Assembly (NCBI GenBank): GCA_965203175.1
Contig: OZ241867.1
Span: 2,112,001 to 2,176,000 of the forward strand
DNA: 64,000 nucleotides
DNA from: Candidatus Latescibacterota bacterium
GTDB taxonomy: Bacteria > Latescibacterota > UBA2968 > UBA8231
Direction: 5' to 3'
Positions 35,335-43,973 of the stretch are shown one piece after another. The notes under the pieces are model-generated. The model was not told where the DNA came from. It searched no databases and worked only from the letters and a program-made list of their open reading frames with translations. Made by a program: the position numbers and the translations under genes. The first letter of the stretch is position 1, and each line of letters opens with the position of its first letter.

Positions 35335-37920
35335 TTAAATCCCCGCGTAAATGGCGATGAATGATTGGGTTTCGGTGCGCGATGGGGCGTCCTTGAAATT
35401 CTTGCGCTCTAGCACCAGCCCAATCACGGTCTGTAGCTTGTAGCCTTGGTAGGCCGATTCGTTTTTGAACTGAACGCCCCAAGTCAGCGCCGTGAAGTCG
35501 TTGGCATCCACGTCAAAATCGTCGAAGATCAGGTACTCTAGGCCCGCTTGTAGCTTGGTGATCTCTAGGACATCGGTGCCCGCCAATAGCGAGAAGAGTT
35601 CCGCTAAGGTCGTTCGGCGCTCGTCCGTGAACAGGTCGCGGCTCTGTTTGATAAACTCGCTCTTCCAGCGCGGTGCTAAATAGAGGGGGCCGAGCGCGTG
35701 GCGGTAGTGGACCTTGTTGATCATCCCTAAGAAGAAATCCGTCTCGGCTAGGCCCCAGCGCTGCCGCTGCTCGGCGTCCACGAGTTGGTGAAAGACCACC
35801 CAGTTGACCTTGCTCTGTAGGTTCAGCGAAAAGGCGCGCGCATTGTGGCCGAGGAAGAGTTGGTTGATCCAAGTGTCGCGGGCCAGCAGCGGATCGTCGA
35901 TTTCGGTCAGCGTGCCGAGGCGCAGCGCGTTGTCGGGTGCCCACTGCAAGAGCGGGTCAGCGATGTCGTCCTCCACGCGCTTGGTCATGCCGAAGAAGCG
36001 CAAATCGCCGTAGCGCGCCCAACTCCGGTCGAACCGCAGAAGTGCGTACGCACTGTGGTTTTTCTGGTTGGAAGAGATGAGTTCTTCGCGCAGGAGGCCG
36101 GCGATGACCTTTAGCTGCGGAGCCAAGTAGGTGCCGACGTACGCGTTGTAGCCCTGGTGGTCGCGCTTGTAGGGGTAATCCGGCTCTTGGTCGTTTTCGT
36201 ATTGGTCAGTCCAGAAGTTGTTGTTCATGTCAACGCCGAAGAGGAATTCGGGCCGATCTACCGCAAAGCGCAGAAAAGGCTCTTCGTAATCCGGGATCGA
36301 GTTGGTGCGCACTCGGCTGTCGTTTTGGTTGATGTCGGGTACGAAGTCGTTGTTCTGGTCCCAACCCGGAAAGACTTGGCGGTCGGGAAAGGCCCAGTCG
36401 GCGCGGAAGGTGTCTGGCACCCGGTCTTGGTCGTCGTTGTCTTCCACGAGGTCCATGAGACTGCGGTCGTTTTGGTAGTCGATGCTGCCGTCGTCTTGGG
36501 TGACGAAAGTTTGGGTGTTGTAGCGCGGGTGCATGTGATAGGCTTCGCCGTAGATGAAGAAGCGGGACCACTGACGAGACAGATTGAGCATATAGGCTGG
36601 TGCGTTGCGCGCACCGACAATGCCGGATGAGGTCTGGTGTTCTTCGACGAGGATGTTGGGATATTTGCGGTAGTTCCAATTGATATCATACTCGCCGTAC
36701 AGGTCGAAGCCCATCACGTCGGTGGCCGTCACGGTACCGCCGAGGATGTGGGTTGCCGTCGGCAGCCCGGCTTCAAAGCTGATGACGCGCAGGTTAGACA
36801 AGTCTTTGATGTTGCCCGGTGCTTGCGTCACCAGCAGAGACGCGTCCGAGGTCATCCAGACTTGATAGTCGTTGGCTACGACCAGCCGGAATTCTACCTT
36901 GACGATCTCGGTCTTGTCGGCCGCGGCTCGGTTGATGAAACTCGCGCTGTCGAAGTCGTAGAGTAGGCGGATTTCGTCGTTGCCGTTGGCCTCGATATAG
37001 CCCGGTCTGGGCGCGCCGCCTTCCACTACGGGTTCAAAGCGGATCTCGCGGCCCGAATCCACGCGGCCATCCCGATAGGTGATGAAGATGTCCGAGCCCG
37101 CTGGAAAATACGCTGCGCCGCCCACGCCGTCGTCTGGCGAGTCGTCGCGCAGCGCGATTTCGATGCGGGAGATGGTGCGGTTCTGGCCTTGGGTCAGCGA
37201 CCCGGTTACCCAATTGCTCAACAGGGCCTCTTCCGAGAGGGAATTGGCTTGGTGGGCGTTGGCAGTGTGGACGCCGAGCTCGACGAAGTCGCCGATTTGC
37301 ACCTCAAAGCGCCCCCCGATCAGAGTGGTGGAATTAGTGCGGAGCAGTTCTCGATTGGTAATGCCGCGCGGGGCACTGGCCTGCGCGTAGAGGAACGTGC
37401 CCCGGTACTTGTCCATGGCAAAGTCGAACTGCACGCCGTCGAGGCGCGGTTTGGACAGCACCATGGGCGTCAGGGTGGTGCGCAGGTCGCTGCTGATGGT
37501 CAGCGCGTAGGCGTATTGTCCTTTTTGCTCGGAGGCCACCGCGACTTCGGAAAACCAGTTGCGGAAGCGCTGGGCCTCAAACAGTACGGTGCCGAATTCC
37601 TCGGGGTTGGCCTGAGATACGTTGTATATCAGCCAGCCCTGATTGAGGAAGTTGCCAAAGGTGTCGTAGAAGAAATTCCCCTCGATGTCGGTACTGACAT
37701 ACCGCTGATAGGGCACGCGTGCGTAGTTGGTAGTGCTCCACTGCCGCCAGTGGTGTTCGGCGACCAGCTCTTGGGGCACGTACCAGCGGCGCACCGCCGG
37801 GTCGAGGGCCTCCGCGCCTGGGGAGGCCAGCGATTGCAGCCCAATTTGGGCTGTGGCCGAGCCGCTTGCGGCCCACAAAAGTAGGGCTATCTTGCAGATG
37901 TGTTTCGCAGTTTCTGCCAT
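35335..37920 (-). CDS. Large exported protein, predicted outer-membrane beta-barrel with Asp-rich loops (paralog of 43974-46643)
   Basis: Signal peptide; DPAVRRWYVPQEL; EDNDDQDR.PD; amphipathic strands ending FIAIYAGI. Confidence 0.6.
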   Translation of the reverse strand: MAETAKHICKIALLLWAASGSATAQIGLQSLASPGAEALDPAVRRWYVPQELVAEHHWRQWSTTNYARVPYQRYVSTDIEGNFFYDTFGNFLNQGWLIYNVSQANPEEFGTVLFEAQRFRNWFSEVAVASEQKGQYAYALTISSDLRTTLTPMVLSKPRLDGVQFDFAMDKYRGTFLYAQASAPRGITNRELLRTNSTTLIGGRFEVQIGDFVELGVHTANAHQANSLSEEALLSNWVTGSLTQGQNRTISRIEIALRDDSPDDGVGGAAYFPAGSDIFITYRDGRVDSGREIRFEPVVEGGAPRPGYIEANGNDEIRLLYDFDSASFINRAAADKTEIVKVEFRLVVANDYQVWMTSDASLLVTQAPGNIKDLSNLRVISFEAGLPTATHILGGTVTATDVMGFDLYGEYDINWNYRKYPNILVEEHQTSSGIVGARNAPAYMLNLSRQWSRFFIYGEAYHMHPRYNTQTFVTQDDGSIDYQNDRSLMDLVEDNDDQDRVPDTFRADWAFPDRQVFPGWDQNNDFVPDINQNDSRVRTNSIPDYEEPFLRFAVDRPEFLFGVDMNNNFWTDQYENDQEPDYPYKRDHQGYNAYVGTYLAPQLKVIAGLLREELISSNQKNHSAYALLRFDRSWARYGDLRFFGMTKRVEDDIADPLLQWAPDNALRLGTLTEIDDPLLARDTWINQLFLGHNARAFSLNLQSKVNWVVFHQLVDAEQRQRWGLAETDFFLGMINKVHYRHALGPLYLAPRWKSEFIKQSRDLFTDERRTTLAELFSLLAGTDVLEITKLQAGLEYLIFDDFDVDANDFTALTWGVQFKNESAYQGYKLQTVIGLVLERKNFKDAPSRTETQSFIAIYAGI

Positions 37921-37928
37921 TTGCTCGC

Positions 37929-39950
37929 TCAGTAGGCCACAGCTACGATACCCGCGGCTGCTGAGAGGCCCTTGTCAGTAGTTAGATCGACTTGATAGAG
38001 GTACACGCCTGGGGCGACTAGGTCTCCCTCGGTATGGCGGCCATCCCAAACCGCCGCAAAACTGCCGCTGACGGCTGGCGTGGAGATCACCTCGCGCACC
38101 AGTCGGCCGGACAGGTCGAAAATTCGCAGAGCGATCTGGCGCGGTTCGCCGATGTTGCGCAGGTCGTACGAAATCATGGTCTGATCGTTGATCCCGTCGC
38201 CATTGGGCGTCAGCGTCGCGGGATGCGCGGTGACTTTCCGCACGAGTTCGCCGCCGACGGGCGTGCGCACTGATAGGGCGTCACCGGCAAAGCGGAAGGT
38301 CGCATTGCCGGGCCGGACTTGCTGTTTGAGTTCGGGCTCGGTGCTGTCGTACACCCAACCGGTGAATTCCGCGCCAAAGCGCAGTACCTTGGCGTCGAAG
38401 ACAACCTCAATGCGGCGCTCGTTGTCGCGCGGCGCAACAAACGGCTCAAAGCTAATGACGATCCGGTCTTCCTCTAATTGAGGTGGAAAGTCGTCGATGA
38501 TTTCTCGGCCATCGACCGCGACCGAATGGACGGCTTCGGCCGGGACTTGGGTGAAGATCTCCAGCCGATCAAAACCCCGATCGCCGTCTTCGAGTACGGG
38601 CCGCACCACATAGGTGAAGGTCTGCGGCTCGAAGTTTTCGGTCTCAACCGGCCAAATCTCGGCGATCACGTTTTGAGCCGCGGGATCTTCGGCAAACAGC
38701 AGGGACATCTCGTCGATGCGCGGCGCTTTGTCCCCGTCGGAAAACATGACCACTTCTAGCTGCAAGTACTGGCTGGGTCCGGGCGATAGGAGGGGCGTTC
38801 CGTCCTCCCAGCCTGTTGCCTCTGGGTTGCTCAGCCCGGCCGCAAAGTCGTAGGGCGTTGACCAGAAGCTCCAGTTGTCCACATCGTAGGTCACCTGGAT
38901 CTGGCCGAACCGACCCACTTGGTAGGTCGTGGTGTACTCGTCTTTGGACACCTGCTCAAAGCTGCCGGTGCTGCCGATTTTCCAGAACAGATTGGGCTGT
39001 GGCGTGGCTCCGGTGCGCGTGCGCAATACGAGGCGAGTACCCTCGGGCACCTCGCCCTGCCAGCGAATCTTGCTCCACGCCACTGGGCGACCAAAGTCCA
39101 ACACACCCGTGCGATAGGAGGTTTTGGTGACGAAGCCCTCGCCGTACACCTCCATTTCGGCGATCTCCCAGGTGCGCTCGGGGTTGATCGGGCGAATGCC
39201 AACCCAGCGCAAGTCGCGCGTGGGAAAGCGCAAATCCACGATTTGGTCGAGGTTTTCAACATTGCGCTCTAGGATGTCGAATTCCGGGTCGTTGGTCGAG
39301 GTGAGCGAGCGGCTGATGTCTTGGTACCAGCGCTTGCCCGGTGCTTCCTCTTGGGGTGCGGACCTAAAAGGCGCGGTGTTATCGGCTACGCCGATTTCGT
39401 ACCAAGCCAAGTAGTTTTCCTCAAAGCCTGGTCGCGGATAGAAGCGGATGCGGTTGACTGGCATCTCGGCACCCAAGTTGAGGACTGTGTTTTTCACGTA
39501 GCCGATATTGAGGCCAGCTAGGCGCGGTGAGATATCGACCTGCCGCAAGGTCGCCGTTTCTGGGTCGCCGTCAATCATGACCTGGACCTCTCTGGCGGCC
39601 TCGCGGGTATAGCCGACGGAGACGCTCGTGAAGAGGTTGCCGCCGCGCTCGGCCAAGTTCACGTCTAACGCGAGGTTGACCGACGGATCGACCCATATTG
39701 GCCGGATGGCATTGTCGTCGTAGGTAATCATGGTATCGACGCCTGCTTCCTCCGCGCCGATGGCGATGGGAAGCGTACCCAAGACTGCGCCTTGGTTATC
39801 GACGATGGTGTACTCGGTCTGTTCGTCGGTGATCAGCCCCTGCCAAGAAGTGCCCATTGGGCCGCCGATGTGAAGCTCGGCCCGCCCCCACACCGCGCTG
39901 GTGCACCAAGCCGCGAGTACTACGTTCAACAACAGCATTTGCTTTAACAC
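37929..39950 (-). CDS. Secreted protein with discoidin-like domain and FlgD-Ig/T9SS-CTD-like tail
   Basis: Signal peptide; LTPNGDGIND, IFDLSGRLVR, WDG...VAPGVYLY, ends AVAY; start GTG 39950. Confidence 0.75.
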   Translation of the reverse strand: MLKQMLLLNVVLAAWCTSAVWGRAELHIGGPMGTSWQGLITDEQTEYTIVDNQGAVLGTLPIAIGAEEAGVDTMITYDDNAIRPIWVDPSVNLALDVNLAERGGNLFTSVSVGYTREAAREVQVMIDGDPETATLRQVDISPRLAGLNIGYVKNTVLNLGAEMPVNRIRFYPRPGFEENYLAWYEIGVADNTAPFRSAPQEEAPGKRWYQDISRSLTSTNDPEFDILERNVENLDQIVDLRFPTRDLRWVGIRPINPERTWEIAEMEVYGEGFVTKTSYRTGVLDFGRPVAWSKIRWQGEVPEGTRLVLRTRTGATPQPNLFWKIGSTGSFEQVSKDEYTTTYQVGRFGQIQVTYDVDNWSFWSTPYDFAAGLSNPEATGWEDGTPLLSPGPSQYLQLEVVMFSDGDKAPRIDEMSLLFAEDPAAQNVIAEIWPVETENFEPQTFTYVVRPVLEDGDRGFDRLEIFTQVPAEAVHSVAVDGREIIDDFPPQLEEDRIVISFEPFVAPRDNERRIEVVFDAKVLRFGAEFTGWVYDSTEPELKQQVRPGNATFRFAGDALSVRTPVGGELVRKVTAHPATLTPNGDGINDQTMISYDLRNIGEPRQIALRIFDLSGRLVREVISTPAVSGSFAAVWDGRHTEGDLVAPGVYLYQVDLTTDKGLSAAAGIVAVAY

Positions 39951-39963
39951 GATCTTTTCTCCC

Positions 39964-42030
39964 TCAATAGGCCACGCCGACGGTGCGCGTGCTGGCGCTA
40001 GCGCGCGCATCGCCCTCGATGTTGAGTTGGATTAGATAGAGGCCAGGAGCCACGTTCTCACCCTGATCGTCGGTCCCGTCCCACTGCAGTTGGGTCAGGC
40101 TTTCCGAGCTGTACACGCCGCTCTGTCCTTTGATGTTAAAAAGGCGACGCACCCGGCGGCCCCCTAAGTCGTATATATTGACCGCAATCTGCCCGCCATC
40201 GACCGCGAGGACCTCGCATTCCATATCCAAGACGTCGTTGATTCCGTCGCCATTAGGTGTGATAACGGACGCGGCGAGGTCAAAGCTGCCGACTAGGCTG
40301 CCGCTGTTGACGGCCGGGCTCAAGACGGTAGTGTCCGACTTAAACGAGATGTCGCCTTCGTCCAGCGCAGTGGCGTCTCCGGCTTGGACGCTTTGGAAGG
40401 CGTCTTCTTCCAACAGCAATCCCCGGCCCTCAAAGGCCGTGCTGTACGAGAGGATGCGGCTGACGAAGTGGATCTTTAGTACGGCATTGTGCGCTGTCAC
40501 CCTCGGGAAGCGCACCACAAAGCTGCGCTCTGCGATGGCGGTGATGGCCACATCGCCCTCGTCGGTGACCGCGTCTTGTACCGCAAAGTCGTGCGCTAGA
40601 AGGAGCTCACCTTGCGCGTCGATAATTTCAATGCGCTCGATGCGGTCTATCCGGCTGCCGGTGATTAGTTCAAAGCTGTCGAAGCCCTGCAAATCCTCAC
40701 TCTCTATCTCGGCGCGCACGGCATAGACGAAGGGAATGTCTGCGGCTGCGGGCACCTCGCGTGGAAAGATCTCGCCGACGAGAACATCGGCCAACGCCGG
40801 CGTTGTGAAGTCAAAGGAAAACTGCCGCAGGATTTTGGCCGATTCTAGGTCGTCGGACTGAAAGTCAACCCGGAACTGGAAGTAGCGGCGCGGCCCGGGC
40901 GAGAGGACCAACGCGCCTTCGCTACTAGTGCCGGCGACCGGATCGTAGGGCGAAGTCCATGGACTCCAATTGGCCAAGTCGTCGCGTACGGGACCGCGTT
41001 CCCACACATCGGCGGGGCCTCCCTTGGCCGGTAGGTCGAGATACTCGTCGCGCAAGAGCGGCTGGTCGGGGTCATCGACTGAGGATGCGATCTCCTCGGC
41101 GTCTTGCCTCCCCACTCGCTTGCGCGTATAGGCGAAGGGCGACAAGTCGCTGCCGCTGCGGGTGCGGATGTGCATCTGCACGGCGCTCGCCTGCCCAACG
41201 GTCTCCTCCAGCCAGCGCAAGCGTCCCCAATTGGCCGGAGTGCCCATGTCGATGAGCGGCGAAATGTACTGCACGGTGGGGAAGAAGCCCTCGCCGAAGA
41301 CTTGGAATTTTTCCACCTCAAAGGGGATGGATGAGGTGGCGCGCAGGCGAATGAAGCGCAAAAAGCGCGGTGGGTCGATCTCAATGGTGGCGACCGGATC
41401 GGTGTTGTTGGTGTGCACCGCAAAGGTCTCCCATATTGGGTTACCTGCCTCGGTCAACACTTGGCCGTCGTTGACTTGCACCTCGAAGTTTTTGAGAAAA
41501 TCCTCTTGAAAGGGCGTCGATGGAGACGGAAAGACCGTATTGCGCGGGAAGAAGCGAATTTGGTTGACGCCAAAGCGAGCGCCCAAATCGAGCACGAGCA
41601 AGGTGCCCAACACGTCCCGTCCCTTGCGCTCGAAGGCCCCACCGCTGGGGTCGGGCGATACGATCTGCTCGAGAATGTTTTGCAGCTGGGACTCGGCGAG
41701 ATCGAAAACGGTCGGAGCGCGGATACTGCCGCCGCGCTCGGCGATTTCAGCGGCGAGGTTTTGCCCCTCCTGCACGCGGCGGGGCAGGATGCTAGCGGGA
41801 AAATCCGCGCTGGAAAAATCGACGAGATTGACTGGTGCGACGCCGATTTCGGTGATGTTGGGATCTAGGGTGGAGCGGTACTCCGGCTCGATGGTTTGCA
41901 CCACAGCCCCAGCCTCCACTTCCCCCTCCCAGCTAATCTGGCCGTCTTGGCCGACGAGCAGTACTTGACGCCCTTGCGCATCGCTGCCGTACAAAAGCAT
42001 CATCACACCTATGAGCAATAAGCGCTTCAT
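39964..42030 (-). CDS. Secreted protein with discoidin-like domain and FlgD-Ig/T9SS-CTD-like tail
   Basis: Signal peptide; ITPNGDGIND, IYDLGGRRVR, WDGTDDQG..VAPGLY, ends GVAY. Confidence 0.75.
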   Translation of the reverse strand: MKRLLLIGVMMLLYGSDAQGRQVLLVGQDGQISWEGEVEAGAVVQTIEPEYRSTLDPNITEIGVAPVNLVDFSSADFPASILPRRVQEGQNLAAEIAERGGSIRAPTVFDLAESQLQNILEQIVSPDPSGGAFERKGRDVLGTLLVLDLGARFGVNQIRFFPRNTVFPSPSTPFQEDFLKNFEVQVNDGQVLTEAGNPIWETFAVHTNNTDPVATIEIDPPRFLRFIRLRATSSIPFEVEKFQVFGEGFFPTVQYISPLIDMGTPANWGRLRWLEETVGQASAVQMHIRTRSGSDLSPFAYTRKRVGRQDAEEIASSVDDPDQPLLRDEYLDLPAKGGPADVWERGPVRDDLANWSPWTSPYDPVAGTSSEGALVLSPGPRRYFQFRVDFQSDDLESAKILRQFSFDFTTPALADVLVGEIFPREVPAAADIPFVYAVRAEIESEDLQGFDSFELITGSRIDRIERIEIIDAQGELLLAHDFAVQDAVTDEGDVAITAIAERSFVVRFPRVTAHNAVLKIHFVSRILSYSTAFEGRGLLLEEDAFQSVQAGDATALDEGDISFKSDTTVLSPAVNSGSLVGSFDLAASVITPNGDGINDVLDMECEVLAVDGGQIAVNIYDLGGRRVRRLFNIKGQSGVYSSESLTQLQWDGTDDQGENVAPGLYLIQLNIEGDARASASTRTVGVAY

Positions 42031-43970
42031 AAGTTTTCCCCGAGAATTTTTTCTGCCAATACTTTCTGCTCAGCTTCGACTCGCTGCTGAAGCTGAGCGC
42101 GGCGCTTTTCCCGCTGATAGCGCGCTTCTGCCTCCTGCGCCTCTGCGTCCCGTCCCAACTGGCTGTACGCCCTGCTCAAGTGCCCTTGGACCCGCCAGTT
42201 GCGAGGCTCTAGTTCGGCGAGACGCAACCAATGAGTCAGAGCGTCGCTGGGACGCTCTTGCTCTAACAGTACCTCGCCCAGTAGAAGCAATCCCGCGCGG
42301 TGATCTGGCGCTAGCGCTAGGGCTTGCGAGAGCAGCAGCTCGGCCGCTGCTAGCTGGCCGTTGTGCCGCAAGAGTGCAGCCGCTTCCACCCGCGCTGGCA
42401 CGCCATAGGCCGGACTGTCTAGAAGTTGGCGATAGGCTCGTTCGGCGTCTGCGACCCGCCCACTCGCAGCGTAGGCGCGCGCCAGTTGGTAGCGCACCCG
42501 GCTGCTGTCCGGGCTCAAAGTTAGCAGCCGCACGTAGGATTGCACGGCCTCGTCGAGCGCGCCGCTCGTCAGTTGCGCGTCCCCCAAGCGCCCGAGTAGG
42601 GCCTCCTGTCCGCTGCCTGTGACGAGCTGTTGGTAGATTGTGCGCGCTTCTTGGGAACGGCCCACCGCCATGTAGCGGTCGCCGAGTGCCCGCTGCCCGC
42701 GCTCGTCGGCGGGCCAGCGCGCGACGAATGCCCGGCTGATGCCGAGTGCTCGCTCGGGTTTGCCGCTGGTTTCGTAGAGCGCCGCCAAGGTCCAATACAC
42801 GTCCTTGTCGGAACTACCCGCCGCCAAGGCCTGTTCGTATGCGGCGACCGCCGTGGCCGTCATGCCCAACTCCGCATAGGCGCGACCTAAATAGCGGTGT
42901 TGCGAGGCTTGCGCCGCTTGGTCCATGGCGGGCGTACTGGCGTTGACCAATCCCGCGACTAGCACCAATCCCGCCGCGGCTATCCCCCTCCATACCCAAG
43001 ACAACTGCGCTAGTTGCCCGACCCCACTCACCGCAAAGAGCAAGAGCATGGGAACCAGCACCATGCGCGTCTCGGCATGGGCACCGTAGAGCGCGGTTCC
43101 GACCGCACCGGTTGCGACAAACAGCAGTGCGAGCAAAGCGCCCCGCTCCCGCGCCGCCAAGGCAAAACCCACGCCCAATAGCGCGAGCGGCACGACCAAG
43201 CCGAAGGGAAACGCCAGACCCCATTTCCACAGTAGGGCCGCTAGGACTGTTGAATCGCCGCGCGCGTGGTACATATCCAGCGCGGGCAAGTGCTCCCCGC
43301 CGCGCACGAGGAGGTCGGGCGAGCCGCCCGCATTTGTGACCATCCCTAAAAAATACCACAGCACGAGCGCACAAGCCGTCCCCAGCGCACAGGCCCAACA
43401 CGCCCGCTGCCGTTCTCCTATCCACAGCCACCACAGCACGGCTGGTGCGAAAAGCGCGACTTGCGGCGCGGCTAGCAAGCAAAGTGCTAGCAAAAGCCCG
43501 ATTCCTAAAAACGCCCACCCATTGCTCCGCTGGTCGGTCCACAAAAGCGCCGCTAATAGCGAGAGCACTAGGAATACCGCAAGGACCGGCGGCAGCAAGG
43601 AACCGGTGAAATAGACGGCTGGTCCGTACAGGGCTGCACACAAAGCAGCGATGAGTCCCGTTCCCGGTCCCCAGAGCGCGCGGCCGATTAGGGCCAACAG
43701 CGCGCAACTGACTGCGCCTAGCAGGACTTGGACGTAGCGAGGTGCCAGCCCGGTGGCGACGAGACCGCGCAGAAAGAGTGGGTACAAGGGGCTAGCGACC
43801 GCGGCGTTCCCCTCTCCCCTAGCGGCTTCAATATAAGGCATACTCGCCGCTGTTGGCACCTCCAAGAAGGGGTCTTGCGCGACCTCATCCAGATAGGTCA
43901 GGCGCGGCCAAAGGGCCATGAGCGCAATGCCGATGACGGCTGCGCCGAAGTTGTCGTTGCGCCAAATCAC
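42027..43970 (-). CDS. Polytopic membrane protein (GT-C/ArnT-PMT-like) with C-terminal TPR repeats
   Basis: About 10 hydrophobic segments, SPLYPLFL; TPR consensus (LGRAY..A..AYEQAL). Confidence 0.65.
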   Translation of the reverse strand: MIWRNDNFGAAVIGIALMALWPRLTYLDEVAQDPFLEVPTAASMPYIEAARGEGNAAVASPLYPLFLRGLVATGLAPRYVQVLLGAVSCALLALIGRALWGPGTGLIAALCAALYGPAVYFTGSLLPPVLAVFLVLSLLAALLWTDQRSNGWAFLGIGLLLALCLLAAPQVALFAPAVLWWLWIGERQRACWACALGTACALVLWYFLGMVTNAGGSPDLLVRGGEHLPALDMYHARGDSTVLAALLWKWGLAFPFGLVVPLALLGVGFALAARERGALLALLFVATGAVGTALYGAHAETRMVLVPMLLLFAVSGVGQLAQLSWVWRGIAAAGLVLVAGLVNASTPAMDQAAQASQHRYLGRAYAELGMTATAVAAYEQALAAGSSDKDVYWTLAALYETSGKPERALGISRAFVARWPADERGQRALGDRYMAVGRSQEARTIYQQLVTGSGQEALLGRLGDAQLTSGALDEAVQSYVRLLTLSPDSSRVRYQLARAYAASGRVADAERAYRQLLDSPAYGVPARVEAAALLRHNGQLAAAELLLSQALALAPDHRAGLLLLGEVLLEQERPSDALTHWLRLAELEPRNWRVQGHLSRAYSQLGRDAEAQEAEARYQREKRRAQLQQRVEAEQKVLAEKILGENL

Positions 43971-43973
43971 GCG

